Shown here: positions 1 through 10,247 of the stretch, one piece after another | Numbering within the stretch: the first letter of the stretch is position 1 | How the letters are laid out: each line of letters starts with the position of its first letter | Assembly: GCA_031414955.1 (NCBI GenBank) | Contig: JANOQV010000146.1 | Location: 1-64,000 of the forward strand | Reading direction: 5' to 3' | Source of the DNA: Pedosphaera sp. | Lineage (GTDB): Bacteria; Verrucomicrobiota; Verrucomicrobiia; Limisphaerales; SIBH01 | DNA: 64,000 bases | The notes under the pieces: generated by a model | Databases searched by the model: none | The model's input: only the letters and a program-made list of their open reading frames with translations | Told to the model about the DNA's origin: nothing | Program-made: the position numbers and the translations under genes

Positions 1-146
1 CGCAGCCACGTGTGCCAGCCTGCGGGCCTAGATTTTTCCCACGCGCCTGGAGTTATCGCGTTGCTGCGCCCGAGGACGGGCGCACGCCGCCGCCGAAAGT
101 TGGTAAGAGTTCACCCCCAACCCCGTTTCTTCGAGTGGAGCAAACA

Positions 147-3100
147 GTGAACGAGAAACCATGCGCCCGCTGCGGAACGCGGCTTACCGCCGCCGCTCTG
201 GACTCATTGTGCCCGCGGTGCCTCATGGGCACGGCGGCCGCGGTGCTCGGCCTGACCCCGCGCCCGACCCAGACCATCCAATACTTTGGCGACTACCAGT
301 TGATTCAGGAAATCGCGCGCGGCGGCATGGGCGTCGTCTTCGCCGCGCGGCAGGTCAGCCTGAATCGCGTCGTGGCGGTGAAGCGGATGCTGGAAACCGC
401 GCTGGCCACGCCGGAGCAGGTGCGCCGCTTCCGCGCCGAGGCCGAGGCCGCCGCCAGCCTGCGCCACCCGCACATCGTGGGCATCTTCGAAATCGGCGAG
501 CACGAAGGACAACACTACTTCTCGATGGAATACATCGAGGGCCGCAACCTGGCCGAGTTGGTGCGCGACGGCCCGCTGGCTCCGCGTCGCGCCGCCGAAC
601 TGCTCCGCACCATCGCCGCCGCGGTGGACTACGCCCACGGACACGGCATCCTGCACCGCGACCTGAAGCCCTCGAACGTGATCGTGGACGAGCACGACCA
701 GCCGCACCTCACCGACTTTGGACTGGCCAAGCTCCTGACCGGCGACAAAGACCTGACGCTCTCCGGCCAGGCGCTCGGCACGCCCAGCTACATGTCGCCC
801 GAACAAGGTGCGGGCCAGCGCGCCACCATCGGACCGGGCAGTGATGTCTATTCGCTCGGGGCGGTGCTCTATCACCTGCTCACCGGCCGCCCACCCTTCG
901 TGGCCGAGTCACCGATGGAAACGTTGCGGCAGGCGAAGGAAGTCGAACCCGTGGCGCCGTGTGCCTTGAACGCCAGCGTGCCGCCTGACCTTGAAACCAT
1001 CTGCCTCAAGTGTCTCGCGAAACAATCTGCCCGCCGCTACGCCACCGCCAAGGAACTCGCCGACGATCTCGAACGGTTTTTGCGCGGCGAACCGATCCAC
1101 GCCCGGCCCGTCACCCACCTTGAGCGTGCCTGGCGCTGGTGCCATCGCGAACCAGCGCTGGCCGGAGCCATCGGCGCGGTGGCGTTGGCGCTCGTGGTGG
1201 TGCCGGTTGTGACCAGCATCGCGGCCCGCCGCATCCAATCCGCGCGCGGCCACGAACTTCAGGAACGCCAGCGCGCCGAGCGTCTCGCGCAAGCCGAGCG
1301 CGCCCGCCAGCAGCGCGCCGAGCAACACGCCGCCCTCGTCGCCGCGCGCGAACAGCAGCGCGCCGCCGCCGCCCGGCCCACGCTTGGCATGGAACGCGCG
1401 GAGGCGGCGTTCGCGAGGGGCACGAATGCGGACGGACTGGCCACCCTCGCCGCACTGCTACGAGCCAGTCCCACCAACCGCGTCCTGACCGAGCGCCTGC
1501 TTTCCGCGTTGAGCCTTCACCCCTGGCCGTTGCTCGAACGGCGCGGTTTCTCCGCTCCCGGTCGCGTCACGGAGGCCGTGTTCAGCCCGGACGGAAATCT
1601 GCTCGCCACCGGCACGGACTCCGGTGCGGTGCGCGTGTGGAACGTGGCTTCCGGCGAACCGGTCACGCCTTTGCTCTCCCTGTGCGGGAACGTGAAGCGC
1701 ATCCGCTTCGGCGCGCAGGGCCGCTACTTCGCCGCCACCACCGAGACCACCCTGCGCGCTTGGAACACGACTTCCGGCGCACCCGTGACGCCGGTGCTGC
1801 CCTCGCCGACCGGCAAGGACGGTTTCTCGGTCAGCTCCCGCGACCGCTACTTCACCACCTGCGCCAGCAACGTCGTCTCGGTGTTCGACCTGATGACCGG
1901 CGTTGAACTCCATCGGCTGCCGCACAATGGCAACGTCCAGCTCGTCATGTTCGATCCGTCGGGACGGCTCGCCACCTTTCAGCAGAACCTCGTGCGCCTC
2001 TGGCGCATGGACTCGGGCCAACTCGCCGTGGAGCCGTTGCGCCTGCCCGGCGCCATCCGGGCCGCCATGTTCAGCGGAGACGGCAGTCGCCTCCTGCTGG
2101 CCCACGGCTCCAAGCTGGAAATCATCTCGACGACGAATGGCGCTTCGCTCGTGCAGATGTCCACCCCGCCTGATGAGACCATCACCTACGTGAATTTCTC
2201 GCCCGACTCCTCGCGCGTCCTGAGCGTGGGCTACGGCGGCGCGGCCCGCGCGTGGAACGCGATGGACGGCCAGCCCATCGGCCTGCCGATGGATCATGAC
2301 GATCAAATCTGGGTCGCCCGATTCAGTGGCAACGGCCAGCGCATCATCACCTGGGCCAAGGACCGTGCCGTCCGCATCTGGACCGCCGCCGCCACGACGC
2401 GGCTCGCGGAACCGATTCGCAGTCCGTCCAAGATCGTCAACGCCGAGATCAGCCCCGACGGCCTGCGCGTCGTGGTCGTGCCGATTGAAGAAGAAGCCTT
2501 TCACCTTTGGCGGTTGCCGCCCCGCGCGCCGCTCTCCGCGCTGGGAACTAATTCTCTCCCGGTTGCGCTCGTTGATCTCGCCGGCACCAATGGCTGGCCC
2601 GCCCGCCGCACCCACGATGGCCGGCGCGTGCTGGCCCCGCTGGGCCAGAACTCGGCGCAGATTGCGGACGCGGACACGGGGCAGAACCCGACCGCGCTGA
2701 TGGTTCACCAGGGGCCGATCCGCCACACCGCGTTCAGCGCGAACGAGGAATTCGTCGTGACGGCTTCCGCCGATCACACCGCCCACCTCTGGGACGCAAC
2801 GACCGGACTGCCGGTGGGCCATCCGTTCCGCCACGCCGGTCCCGTGAACAGCGCGGTCCTGAGCGAGGACGGTCTGCGCCTCGTCACCGCCTCGGAGGAC
2901 GGCACGGCGCGCGTCTGGGATGTGCTGACCGGCTGGCCCGTGTCCGAGCCGCTGCACCACCCGTCCGGGATTCGTTCCGCCACATTCGGCCCGGACCTGC
3001 GGCAAGTCGTCCTCGCCGGTCGCGACGGTTCCACCCGCGTCGTGGCCGTCCCTGTCGCGCTCACGCCCGTGCCGGACTGGCTGCCGGATTTGGCCGAAGC

Positions 3101-3275
3101 CGTGGCCCAGAAAAAGGCGGACGGCCCGGAAATTTTCCAGCGCGTGCCGCCCGAAAAAATAATTGAAGTGCAGCAACGCATCACCCAGCTCGGCGGCGAC
3201 GACTATTACGCACGCTGGGCCAAGTGGTTCTTCGCCCAACCGGGCGCGAGCCACGCTTTTCCGGTCACGCCTTAG
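147..3275 (+). CDS. Membrane-anchored Hanks-type Ser/Thr protein kinase with C-terminal WD40 beta-propeller repeats
   Basis: Kinase motifs IARGGMGVV, VAVK, HRDLKPSN, DFG, GTPSYMSPE, DVYSLG. N-terminal CxxC..CxxC, one TM segment (ALAGAIGAVALALVVV), WD40-like repeats (FSPDG..LATG..D..VRVWN; VTASEDGTARVWD). Start set at GTG 147 after GGAG. Confidence 0.93.
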   Translation: MNEKPCARCGTRLTAAALDSLCPRCLMGTAAAVLGLTPRPTQTIQYFGDYQLIQEIARGGMGVVFAARQVSLNRVVAVKRMLETALATPEQVRRFRAEAEAAASLRHPHIVGIFEIGEHEGQHYFSMEYIEGRNLAELVRDGPLAPRRAAELLRTIAAAVDYAHGHGILHRDLKPSNVIVDEHDQPHLTDFGLAKLLTGDKDLTLSGQALGTPSYMSPEQGAGQRATIGPGSDVYSLGAVLYHLLTGRPPFVAESPMETLRQAKEVEPVAPCALNASVPPDLETICLKCLAKQSARRYATAKELADDLERFLRGEPIHARPVTHLERAWRWCHREPALAGAIGAVALALVVVPVVTSIAARRIQSARGHELQERQRAERLAQAERARQQRAEQHAALVAAREQQRAAAARPTLGMERAEAAFARGTNADGLATLAALLRASPTNRVLTERLLSALSLHPWPLLERRGFSAPGRVTEAVFSPDGNLLATGTDSGAVRVWNVASGEPVTPLLSLCGNVKRIRFGAQGRYFAATTETTLRAWNTTSGAPVTPVLPSPTGKDGFSVSSRDRYFTTCASNVVSVFDLMTGVELHRLPHNGNVQLVMFDPSGRLATFQQNLVRLWRMDSGQLAVEPLRLPGAIRAAMFSGDGSRLLLAHGSKLEIISTTNGASLVQMSTPPDETITYVNFSPDSSRVLSVGYGGAARAWNAMDGQPIGLPMDHDDQIWVARFSGNGQRIITWAKDRAVRIWTAAATTRLAEPIRSPSKIVNAEISPDGLRVVVVPIEEEAFHLWRLPPRAPLSALGTNSLPVALVDLAGTNGWPARRTHDGRRVLAPLGQNSAQIADADTGQNPTALMVHQGPIRHTAFSANEEFVVTASADHTAHLWDATTGLPVGHPFRHAGPVNSAVLSEDGLRLVTASEDGTARVWDVLTGWPVSEPLHHPSGIRSATFGPDLRQVVLAGRDGSTRVVAVPVALTPVPDWLPDLAEAVAQKKADGPEIFQRVPPEKIIEVQQRITQLGGDDYYARWAKWFFAQPGASHAFPVTP

Positions 3276-3381
3276 CAGAAAAGTTTTCCGAAGATTTCCC
3301 GTAATAGTTCCCCGCCGTTTCCGTTGCAGACAGTGAATGGGGACTTTCAGCCAGGGAAACTGGCTCCCGTCCTCAAGAATT

Positions 3382-4068
3382 ATGAACGACTTTGGATTGC
3401 AAGACCTCGGACAGGGTATGCTCAAGATCGGGGTGGTGATCTTCGCCCTCGGTATCGGCCTCCGGGTGCTCGGCTTCATCATCTCCAGTCTGGCGGGCAA
3501 AAAGCATTCGCCTTCGCAGGACGGCTCCGTTTCTCCCACCGGCCATGATGCTCCCTCCACGCCCCTCGCGCTCAAGGAGAACATTCCCGCGCCGACTTCG
3601 GAGTCAGCGGCCAACCCTGCGCCAATCCCGCCGTTTCTCCAGGCCTTGCCCGATCCGACGGACGGAAACCAGATGGCGGCGATGGAAGCACAACTGGAAG
3701 CGGCCATTTCACAACTGGCCCAAACTCCAAATCTCCTGGCCAAACTGACCGCGCCGCCGTGGGGTTGGCACCCGGCTGAAGTCCGCGAGCAGCCGAGCGC
3801 AGGTGACGCGCGTCGCCTGGTCGTCACCAAGTTGGGCCAACTCCTGGGCGCGCGCCAGAAGCGACTCATGGACGTCTCATTTCGGATGCGCCTGGCTGAC
3901 GACGGCACCGCTTGGGACAGGGATTTCGGGCGACCCACTTCCGTGCTGCGGGTGGAATTCAGCCTGCCCGGCGAGAAAGCTCTCGATGGCTCCCGACGCT
4001 GGAACTATGGCGTGACCGTGGGCCGGACGGCTCCGGGGCGTTTCCTGGTGTGGGAATGGGGCCAGTAG
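3382..4068 (+). CDS. Hypothetical membrane protein (N-terminal TM, Pro-rich linker)
   Basis: Co-oriented ORF with hydrophobic N-terminus; family not recognised; start at ATG 3382 is a choice. Confidence 0.65.
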   Translation: MNDFGLQDLGQGMLKIGVVIFALGIGLRVLGFIISSLAGKKHSPSQDGSVSPTGHDAPSTPLALKENIPAPTSESAANPAPIPPFLQALPDPTDGNQMAAMEAQLEAAISQLAQTPNLLAKLTAPPWGWHPAEVREQPSAGDARRLVVTKLGQLLGARQKRLMDVSFRMRLADDGTAWDRDFGRPTSVLRVEFSLPGEKALDGSRRWNYGVTVGRTAPGRFLVWEWGQ

Positions 4069-4121
4069 TTCCTGCGAAACGCACACGACCTGGAATCATT
4101 TCAAACCATACAAAAAAACTT

Positions 4122-5039
4122 ATGAAACCTATCATCCTCGCTTCCCTTGCGATGATCACCCTGCTGTTCGTTGGCTGCGCCTCCGGCCCCAAGTTTGCCG
4201 CATCGGGCGACGCCGCTTTGAAGCCGCCGACGGGGCAGGCGCTGGTCTTCCTGCTGCGCACGCCGAACTTCGTGGACTCAGCCACGACCTATAATCTGGG
4301 GCTGAACGGAAAGCCTCTCATCACCATGCCCAACGGCGGCTACCATGTGTTCACCCACGACCCCGGCACGATGAAGTTCTCCTGCGCGGTGTTTGGGGAA
4401 GGGCCGGAGATTTTTCGCACGGATGCCCAGGCGGACACCATCCATTACCTCAAGTTCGCCTTCAGCCAGATCGAGGAACTGCCGCCCGCCAAGGGGCAGG
4501 CGGCGGTCGCCCGGTGCCGGAAAATCTCGATGGAGAAAACCGTCCCTCACTTCTTGGCCCCGGTGACATCCAGCCAGCCTTCACAACCATCGGTGGCTTT
4601 AGCCCAACCGGCAGCGGCTCCGACCACGGACTGGCGACAGGATTTTGGCGCGTTAGTGACCAAGTTAACCGCGCTTGCGCCCCGGGGCAGAGGCCAGGCA
4701 GGGGACGCACTCACTCAGGAGTTCAAGGAACAAGCGGTCACCTGGAAGCTTTCCTTCAAGGAAGCCAAACAGGATGGCGACAAACTGAAACTCACCTTTG
4801 ACCTGGAGCCCTTCGGCATCCGGCAGCAGTTCTTCTCCGGTCAACCGGTCATGGCAGGTTTCGAGGCCGCAGCCGGCTCGGCGGATGACTGGAAGGCGAT
4901 CAAGCCTGGAACTTCCGTCAATATCTCGGCCACTCTGAAGAAAGTTTTCTTTTTTCAGATGACCCCGGGGAACAGTACGCGGACCTACGACGCGGCGATG
5001 GTGTCTGTGGAGGACGCCAAAATTGTGCGCGACCGGTAA
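4122..5039 (+). CDS. Putative lipoprotein, N-terminal DUF2846-like domain plus C-terminal domain of unknown function
   Basis: Signal peptide with lipobox LFVGC. The pattern GCASGPKF..ALVFLLR..NGGY..PG resembles DUF2846 lipoproteins. Confidence 0.7.
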   Translation: MKPIILASLAMITLLFVGCASGPKFAASGDAALKPPTGQALVFLLRTPNFVDSATTYNLGLNGKPLITMPNGGYHVFTHDPGTMKFSCAVFGEGPEIFRTDAQADTIHYLKFAFSQIEELPPAKGQAAVARCRKISMEKTVPHFLAPVTSSQPSQPSVALAQPAAAPTTDWRQDFGALVTKLTALAPRGRGQAGDALTQEFKEQAVTWKLSFKEAKQDGDKLKLTFDLEPFGIRQQFFSGQPVMAGFEAAAGSADDWKAIKPGTSVNISATLKKVFFFQMTPGNSTRTYDAAMVSVEDAKIVRDR

Positions 5040-5080
5040 ATCAAATCCCACGAAACCAAACCAAGCCAACTCAACCAACC

Positions 5081-5686
5081 ATGAACACCTCCCTCACCAT
5101 CATCCAACGCAACCTTTTGGTCAGCGTAGCAGCCCTCGCCCTGCTCGTGCTGACCGGGTGCGCCCACTCCATCTCCGTGGCCCCGGACCTGAACAAGATT
5201 CCGCCCGCCAGTTCCAAGATCGCCAAGGCGGCCGGCTACGTCATCACCGAGTCCAACCGCTGGCGGGAAGTGACCACACCCGGCGGCGGCGGCGACAGCG
5301 TGAAATACTTTCCCTACAAGGATCTGGAGCCGGGCTTTCGCAAGGCGCTGTCCGAGGTGTTCGACAAGGTGACCAAGCTCTCCGGTCCCGACGACCCCGC
5401 CATTGCCGCCCAGGGCCTGTCGTTCGTTATCACGCCCAGCATCACCACCACTTCGTCCTCGTCCAGCGCCCTGACGTGGCCGCCCACGTCCTTCGCGATT
5501 GAACTCAACTGCGACGTGCTTGATGCGCGCGGCCAATCCGTCACGCAGATCAAAAGCAAAGGCGAAGGCCAAGCCACATTCGACGAGTTCAAGCACGAGT
5601 TCGCGCTTGCTGCTCGCCGCGCGGCGGAAGACGCTCTCGCCAATCTCGTGAAAGCCCTGGCCGCAGCGCCCGAACTGCGCCGGTGA
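5081..5686 (+). CDS. Putative lipoprotein of unknown function
   Basis: Signal peptide with lipobox VLTGC; co-oriented with neighbours. Confidence 0.75.
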   Translation: MNTSLTIIQRNLLVSVAALALLVLTGCAHSISVAPDLNKIPPASSKIAKAAGYVITESNRWREVTTPGGGGDSVKYFPYKDLEPGFRKALSEVFDKVTKLSGPDDPAIAAQGLSFVITPSITTTSSSSSALTWPPTSFAIELNCDVLDARGQSVTQIKSKGEGQATFDEFKHEFALAARRAAEDALANLVKALAAAPELRR

Positions 5687-5771
5687 TTCGTGAACTGAAA
5701 CCATCTGCCAACACCATGCGAACTCTATATCACCTCGCGCGCGGCGTGGATGGAAGAGGTGGAACCGCACC

Positions 5772-8288
5772 ATGACATTCGTCAAAAACTCAGTCGTTTT
5801 GATGCTTGGAGTCGCGCTGACGACCACAGCAGCAGACCTCACGAATCTGACTCGTCAAATCGCAAACCGCCCTGACAAATCGAATGTCATTCAAAAGGCA
5901 GCCGGCCTTGATTGGTGCGGAACGGAGACTCGCTTTCGTGAGAAAGCCCGCAAAGCCAAAGCCTCATTAACCGGCTGCCCGATTGAAGGTCCGCCCGACA
6001 TGGCAACCAACCGCGATGCGTCCATACCCACGGTGGCGACGCCCATCAAGGTGATGCGGCTCCGGTTCTGCGTGTTTCGTGAAACCGATGGCAGCAATGC
6101 GGCGGCGACCCAGGCTGATGTGGAAGCTCAAGTCGCGCAACTGAATGCGGATTTTCTCCCTTACCGCATCCAGTTCATCCATCAAACGGAGTTCATCAAT
6201 GACTCAAGGTATCGCTACGTGTTGGGGCTGTCGGCGGAATTGAGCGGCATGAAAAGCCGGTACGTCGTGGCACCTCAAGCTCAACACAATGTTTACGTAG
6301 CAAGCGTGGAGGCATTTCTTGGACTGAGCACATTTCCCTGGGATGCCGATGCGCTCGGCGTTGAAGGAGGTACGGTCGTCCATGCAGGTACTTTTGGAGC
6401 CGGTCAAAAAACTTTGACGCATGAACTGGGTCACGCTCTCGGTCTGTGGCACACCCATCATGGCGTGTCCGAGGTTGAGGCATGCTCAGATTGTTATGAA
6501 CGGTCAGATGGACAGGACGGTGACAGCACCGGGGATTTCTGCTCTGACACGCCGCCGACTCCCAGGAATTTTGATTGCGCCCCTCCTGGCGGGCTGGATT
6601 CCTGTTCCGGCATGGCCTGGGGGCCGACGGCCCCGCAAAACTACATGGGCTATGGGCCGGACGCATGCCTTTCCGAGTTCACGCCGCAGCAAGCGGGACG
6701 GTTCCACGGCTGGATCACGAACCAGCTGACCGGCTGGCTGTTCAACAGCAGCGGTCCGGCGGTCATAGTTTCGCACCCCCAAAGCCAGACTCTGCTACCA
6801 GAAAGTTCAATCGCCTTTTCCGCCGTGACCGACGGTGCGCCACCTTTGTTTTATCAGTGGTGGCGCGACGGCGTGGTGCTGCCCGGAGAAACCAATTCCG
6901 TTCTTGATCTCGGACTTGTCAGTTCCAATTTGGCCGGAGCCTATCACGTCGTGGTGAGCAATGGCCTGGGATTCATGATCAGTTCCAACGCCGTTTTGCA
7001 GGTGCTTCCCACATTTACTTTCAATGAGGCTCTGGATGCGGGTGGTCTGTGGTTCTCAGGTGGCACGCGGCCATGGATTGGACAAAACATTGTCTCACAC
7101 GACGGGGTGGACGCGGCGCGCAGCGGGACGGTTGGTGCCTACGGCGAAAGCTGGCTGGAAACCACCGTGCGCGGGCCGGGCTGGCTTTCGTTCTGGTGGA
7201 AGGTGTCGTCCGAGACGAGTTACGATTTCCTCCGGTTCTACCTCGACGGCGAACACCAACAAGCCATCACCGGGGAGGTGGACTGGCAGCAGCACCGCCG
7301 TTGGCTAGAAGTGGGAAATCACACGCTGCGGTGGTCTTACTCCAAGGACGTGAATGTGAGCATCGGACAAGATGTAGGCTGGGTGGATGAACTCTTCGTC
7401 GAGGGCACGAACAGCACCATTCCCACCCGCTTCGGCGACCTTGACGGCGACGGCCGGCCCACCGTCCTCGACCTGACTTTGCTGACGAGTTATCTGGCGA
7501 ACACCAACACGCTTCGCCCGCAAGTCGCCGTCTTTGCCGATGTGAACACCAACGGCGTCATCAACAGCGCGGACGTGACAGCGCTGGCGAACGCCATACT
7601 TGGGCGCAGCACGCTGAGCATACCGGCGGACACCGACGGCGACGGCATTCCCAATGTGCTGGAACCGCTGTTGGGCTTGAATCCATTACTCACCAATTCT
7701 CCCGGCAGCAACATGCCTGATAGGGACCGCGACTTCGACGGTGACGGGCTTTCCAATTTCCGCGAGCTGCAAGTGGGCACGGATCCGTTGCGGGCGGACA
7801 CTGACGGAGACGGTTGGCGGGATGAAGCGGAACTGACCGTGGGCACCAGCCCGCTGGACGCAAGCTCGCGACCGTCCGTGATGTCCGTGGCGGCACCGCG
7901 AGTGGCCCTGCTCCTGCCAGGCTATCAGGCAAACGGAGGGCTGTCCTGGAACACGATGGTCGCTTCGCCTCGAACGGCACTGGTGCTGCCTGTTGCCTAC
8001 GGAACTACTGGAGTGTCCAACAACACAGTGATGGCTTCGCCGCCCACAACATTGGTGCTGCCCTCGGTGCAAGGAAACGCCGGAGTCGTGTTCAACACCA
8101 CGGTGGCCCAGCCGCCGACATCGCTCCTCCTGCCTGCGGACGAAGGCGCGGGCGGCCTGACCAACAACACCGTGGTCGCGGCCCCGCCGCTGGCTCTGAT
8201 TTTGCCGGTGGAGCAAGGCATCGCCAGTCTCACCAACAACCAGGTCATCGCCATGCCGCCGGTGCGCATTCAACTTCCCTTCCCGTGA
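5772..8288 (+). CDS. Secreted M43 (pappalysin/ulilysin-like) zinc metalloprotease with Ig domain, dockerin, DxDxDG Ca-binding repeats and C-terminal 24-aa repeats
   Basis: Signal peptide; HELGHALGLWHTH zinc motif; GDFCSDTP and NYMGY Met-turn; FTPQQ; Ig-like YQW..G.Y.VVVSN; duplicated dockerin motif GDLDGDG..D.. / DVNTNG..D; DTDGDG/DFDGDG repeats. Confidence 0.85.
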   Translation: MTFVKNSVVLMLGVALTTTAADLTNLTRQIANRPDKSNVIQKAAGLDWCGTETRFREKARKAKASLTGCPIEGPPDMATNRDASIPTVATPIKVMRLRFCVFRETDGSNAAATQADVEAQVAQLNADFLPYRIQFIHQTEFINDSRYRYVLGLSAELSGMKSRYVVAPQAQHNVYVASVEAFLGLSTFPWDADALGVEGGTVVHAGTFGAGQKTLTHELGHALGLWHTHHGVSEVEACSDCYERSDGQDGDSTGDFCSDTPPTPRNFDCAPPGGLDSCSGMAWGPTAPQNYMGYGPDACLSEFTPQQAGRFHGWITNQLTGWLFNSSGPAVIVSHPQSQTLLPESSIAFSAVTDGAPPLFYQWWRDGVVLPGETNSVLDLGLVSSNLAGAYHVVVSNGLGFMISSNAVLQVLPTFTFNEALDAGGLWFSGGTRPWIGQNIVSHDGVDAARSGTVGAYGESWLETTVRGPGWLSFWWKVSSETSYDFLRFYLDGEHQQAITGEVDWQQHRRWLEVGNHTLRWSYSKDVNVSIGQDVGWVDELFVEGTNSTIPTRFGDLDGDGRPTVLDLTLLTSYLANTNTLRPQVAVFADVNTNGVINSADVTALANAILGRSTLSIPADTDGDGIPNVLEPLLGLNPLLTNSPGSNMPDRDRDFDGDGLSNFRELQVGTDPLRADTDGDGWRDEAELTVGTSPLDASSRPSVMSVAAPRVALLLPGYQANGGLSWNTMVASPRTALVLPVAYGTTGVSNNTVMASPPTTLVLPSVQGNAGVVFNTTVAQPPTSLLLPADEGAGGLTNNTVVAAPPLALILPVEQGIASLTNNQVIAMPPVRIQLPFP

Positions 8289-8350
8289 AACTCAGCCGCG
8301 TAAATCTCTTTCTGAAACTCAAAACGATCCCCAACCCAAAGGACAAATCT

Positions 8351-9532
8351 ATGAAAACCATGCCAACGCATCGCACCGTTCACCGCTCGCTCCTCGCAGC
8401 CTTGCTCGTGGGGCTAAGTGTGGCCGGCGCCTCCGGACAATTCACGTTCAACTCTGGCAGCGACGGGAGCTACGGTGCCATCAACATCGTCACCGACACC
8501 ACCCTGGCCGTGCCGACCAACGGCATCTTCAACTGCACGACCATCACCGTGGCCACCAACAAGACGCTGACCTTCAGCAACAACCTGCTCAACACGCCGG
8601 TCTATCTGCTGGCCACGGGGAACGTGGTCATTCATGGGACGATTGCCGTGAACGGGGCCAGCGGCACGGCGACCTTTGGCGGGGCCGGCGGGCCGGGAGG
8701 TTTTGCCGGCGGGAGCGCGGGCATGGCGGGGCTGCCGGCTGGTGATGGTTATGGACCGGGCGCGGGGCGGGCGGGAAGTACTAACTACTACACCCAGACG
8801 AATTCTGCCGGCAGCGCTTCCTATGGCTCGCCCGCCAGCGGAACTTCGCTTCGACATGGGAGCACCTATGGCAGCCCGCTGCTCGTGCCCTTGGTTGGCG
8901 GTTCTGGTGGTGGAGCCTGTCCCGCCCGGGGAGGGTCAGGTGGAGGCGGAGCCATTCTCATCGCATCAAGCACGAGCATAACGGTCAGAGGTAGTATCTC
9001 GGCGTTACCCGGAAATCACAGTGGCTATTGGGAAGGTTACGGAAGCGGCGGGGCGATCCGCCTGATAGCACCAGTCGTTTCGGGGGCAGGCTCGTTATCT
9101 GTTAACGGCACAAGTTACGATTCCACGTCTGGATCGGGCCGGATGCGAATTGATTGCCTCGACCGTCGCACGCTGGCCATGTCCTACAATCCGAGTGACG
9201 TAGTTTCCATCGGTGGCAACATGCTGGTGTTCCTCAATCCCGCGCCGCGCCTGGACATCACCCAGGCCGCCGGCAATCCCATCCCCGTCGGTACGAACGC
9301 ACCGGTGTTCTTCCTGCTCCCGCAAGGTTCTTCCACCAACCAGAGCGTGACGGTGCGCGCCAGCAACTTCGGCGCAGTCGTGCCCATCCGCGTGGTGCTC
9401 ACGCCCGACAACGGACCCGCCTCGTCTTACGACGCGCAGATCGACAACAGCACCGTCAACCCAGCCTCTGTCACCGTGCCGGTGGTGGTGCCAGTCAATG
9501 TGCAGGTGCAGGTGAACGCTTGGACGCGCTGA
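8351..9532 (+). CDS. Secreted glycine-rich protein of unknown function
   Basis: Signal peptide ending ASG-Q; GGSGGG/GGGGGAI/GSGGAIRL glycine-rich segments; start at ATG 8351. Confidence 0.75.
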   Translation: MKTMPTHRTVHRSLLAALLVGLSVAGASGQFTFNSGSDGSYGAINIVTDTTLAVPTNGIFNCTTITVATNKTLTFSNNLLNTPVYLLATGNVVIHGTIAVNGASGTATFGGAGGPGGFAGGSAGMAGLPAGDGYGPGAGRAGSTNYYTQTNSAGSASYGSPASGTSLRHGSTYGSPLLVPLVGGSGGGACPARGGSGGGGAILIASSTSITVRGSISALPGNHSGYWEGYGSGGAIRLIAPVVSGAGSLSVNGTSYDSTSGSGRMRIDCLDRRTLAMSYNPSDVVSIGGNMLVFLNPAPRLDITQAAGNPIPVGTNAPVFFLLPQGSSTNQSVTVRASNFGAVVPIRVVLTPDNGPASSYDAQIDNSTVNPASVTVPVVVPVNVQVQVNAWTR

Positions 9533-9541
9533 GGCGGAATT

Positions 9542-10240
9542 ATGAACGCCCGGATTTTCCCATTCGTTTGCGCCCTGCCGCTCGCCCTGCTCGTGACGCT
9601 GGCGGGCCGGTTCAGCCTGAGAGCCGCCGAACTCGCGGTCGGTCAGGCGACGGTGCCACCGGGCGCAATGGTCAGCGTGCCGGTGACCGTGGCCGGTGCG
9701 TCCGGCGCCGTGGCCGCGCAGTTCGAGGTGAGCTTCAATCCGTCATTCGTGAGCCTGGCAAGTATTTCTGCCGGCGATGGTCTGCTGGGCCACATCGTCG
9801 ATCAGCAGCAACTCGTTCCGGGCCAGTGGCGCGCACTGGTTTATTCCACCACCAACGGTTCCATTGCACCGGGCGCGATGGTCTGGCTAAACTTCAGCAT
9901 CCCCACCAATGCACCGGATGGCGTCGTGCCGCTGGCCATGACCAATGCCATCGTGGCGCGAGTCTCGGGACAGCAAGTCCAGCCTCTGTCCCAGATTGAC
10001 GGCGCGTTGCTGGTGTCGTCCGCCGGCAGCTTCCTCTCCATGACCATTCAGAACGGCAACCAATTGCAGATGCTGTTTCAAGGAATTGAAGGCCAGCCCT
10101 ACGTTTTCGAAGCCTCCACCAATCTGACCAATTGGGTGGCGTTGAGCACGAACACAGCGATCGGCGGGATGATCAGTTTGGTCGAAACCAACACCCTTGT
10201 TTATCCCCACCGGTTTTATCGCGCAAAACGCCTGCCGTGA
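9542..10240 (+). CDS. Secreted cohesin-domain protein with short C-terminal STNL..W..FYR domain
   Basis: Signal peptide; cohesin-like pattern PG..VSVPV..AAQF.VSFNP....L.F.I..NAP.G..PL; C-terminus YVFEASTNLTNW..RFYRA. Confidence 0.78.
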   Translation: MNARIFPFVCALPLALLVTLAGRFSLRAAELAVGQATVPPGAMVSVPVTVAGASGAVAAQFEVSFNPSFVSLASISAGDGLLGHIVDQQQLVPGQWRALVYSTTNGSIAPGAMVWLNFSIPTNAPDGVVPLAMTNAIVARVSGQQVQPLSQIDGALLVSSAGSFLSMTIQNGNQLQMLFQGIEGQPYVFEASTNLTNWVALSTNTAIGGMISLVETNTLVYPHRFYRAKRLP

Positions 10241-10247
10241 CGCGAGC

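Noticed and set aside
1458..3938. 826-aa minus-strand ORF, and similar long antisense ORFs (16591-18042, 36162-38042, 54329-55555, 61013-63016)
   Set aside because: Shadow frames of well-supported genes on the opposite strand in GC-rich DNA; no recognisable motifs.
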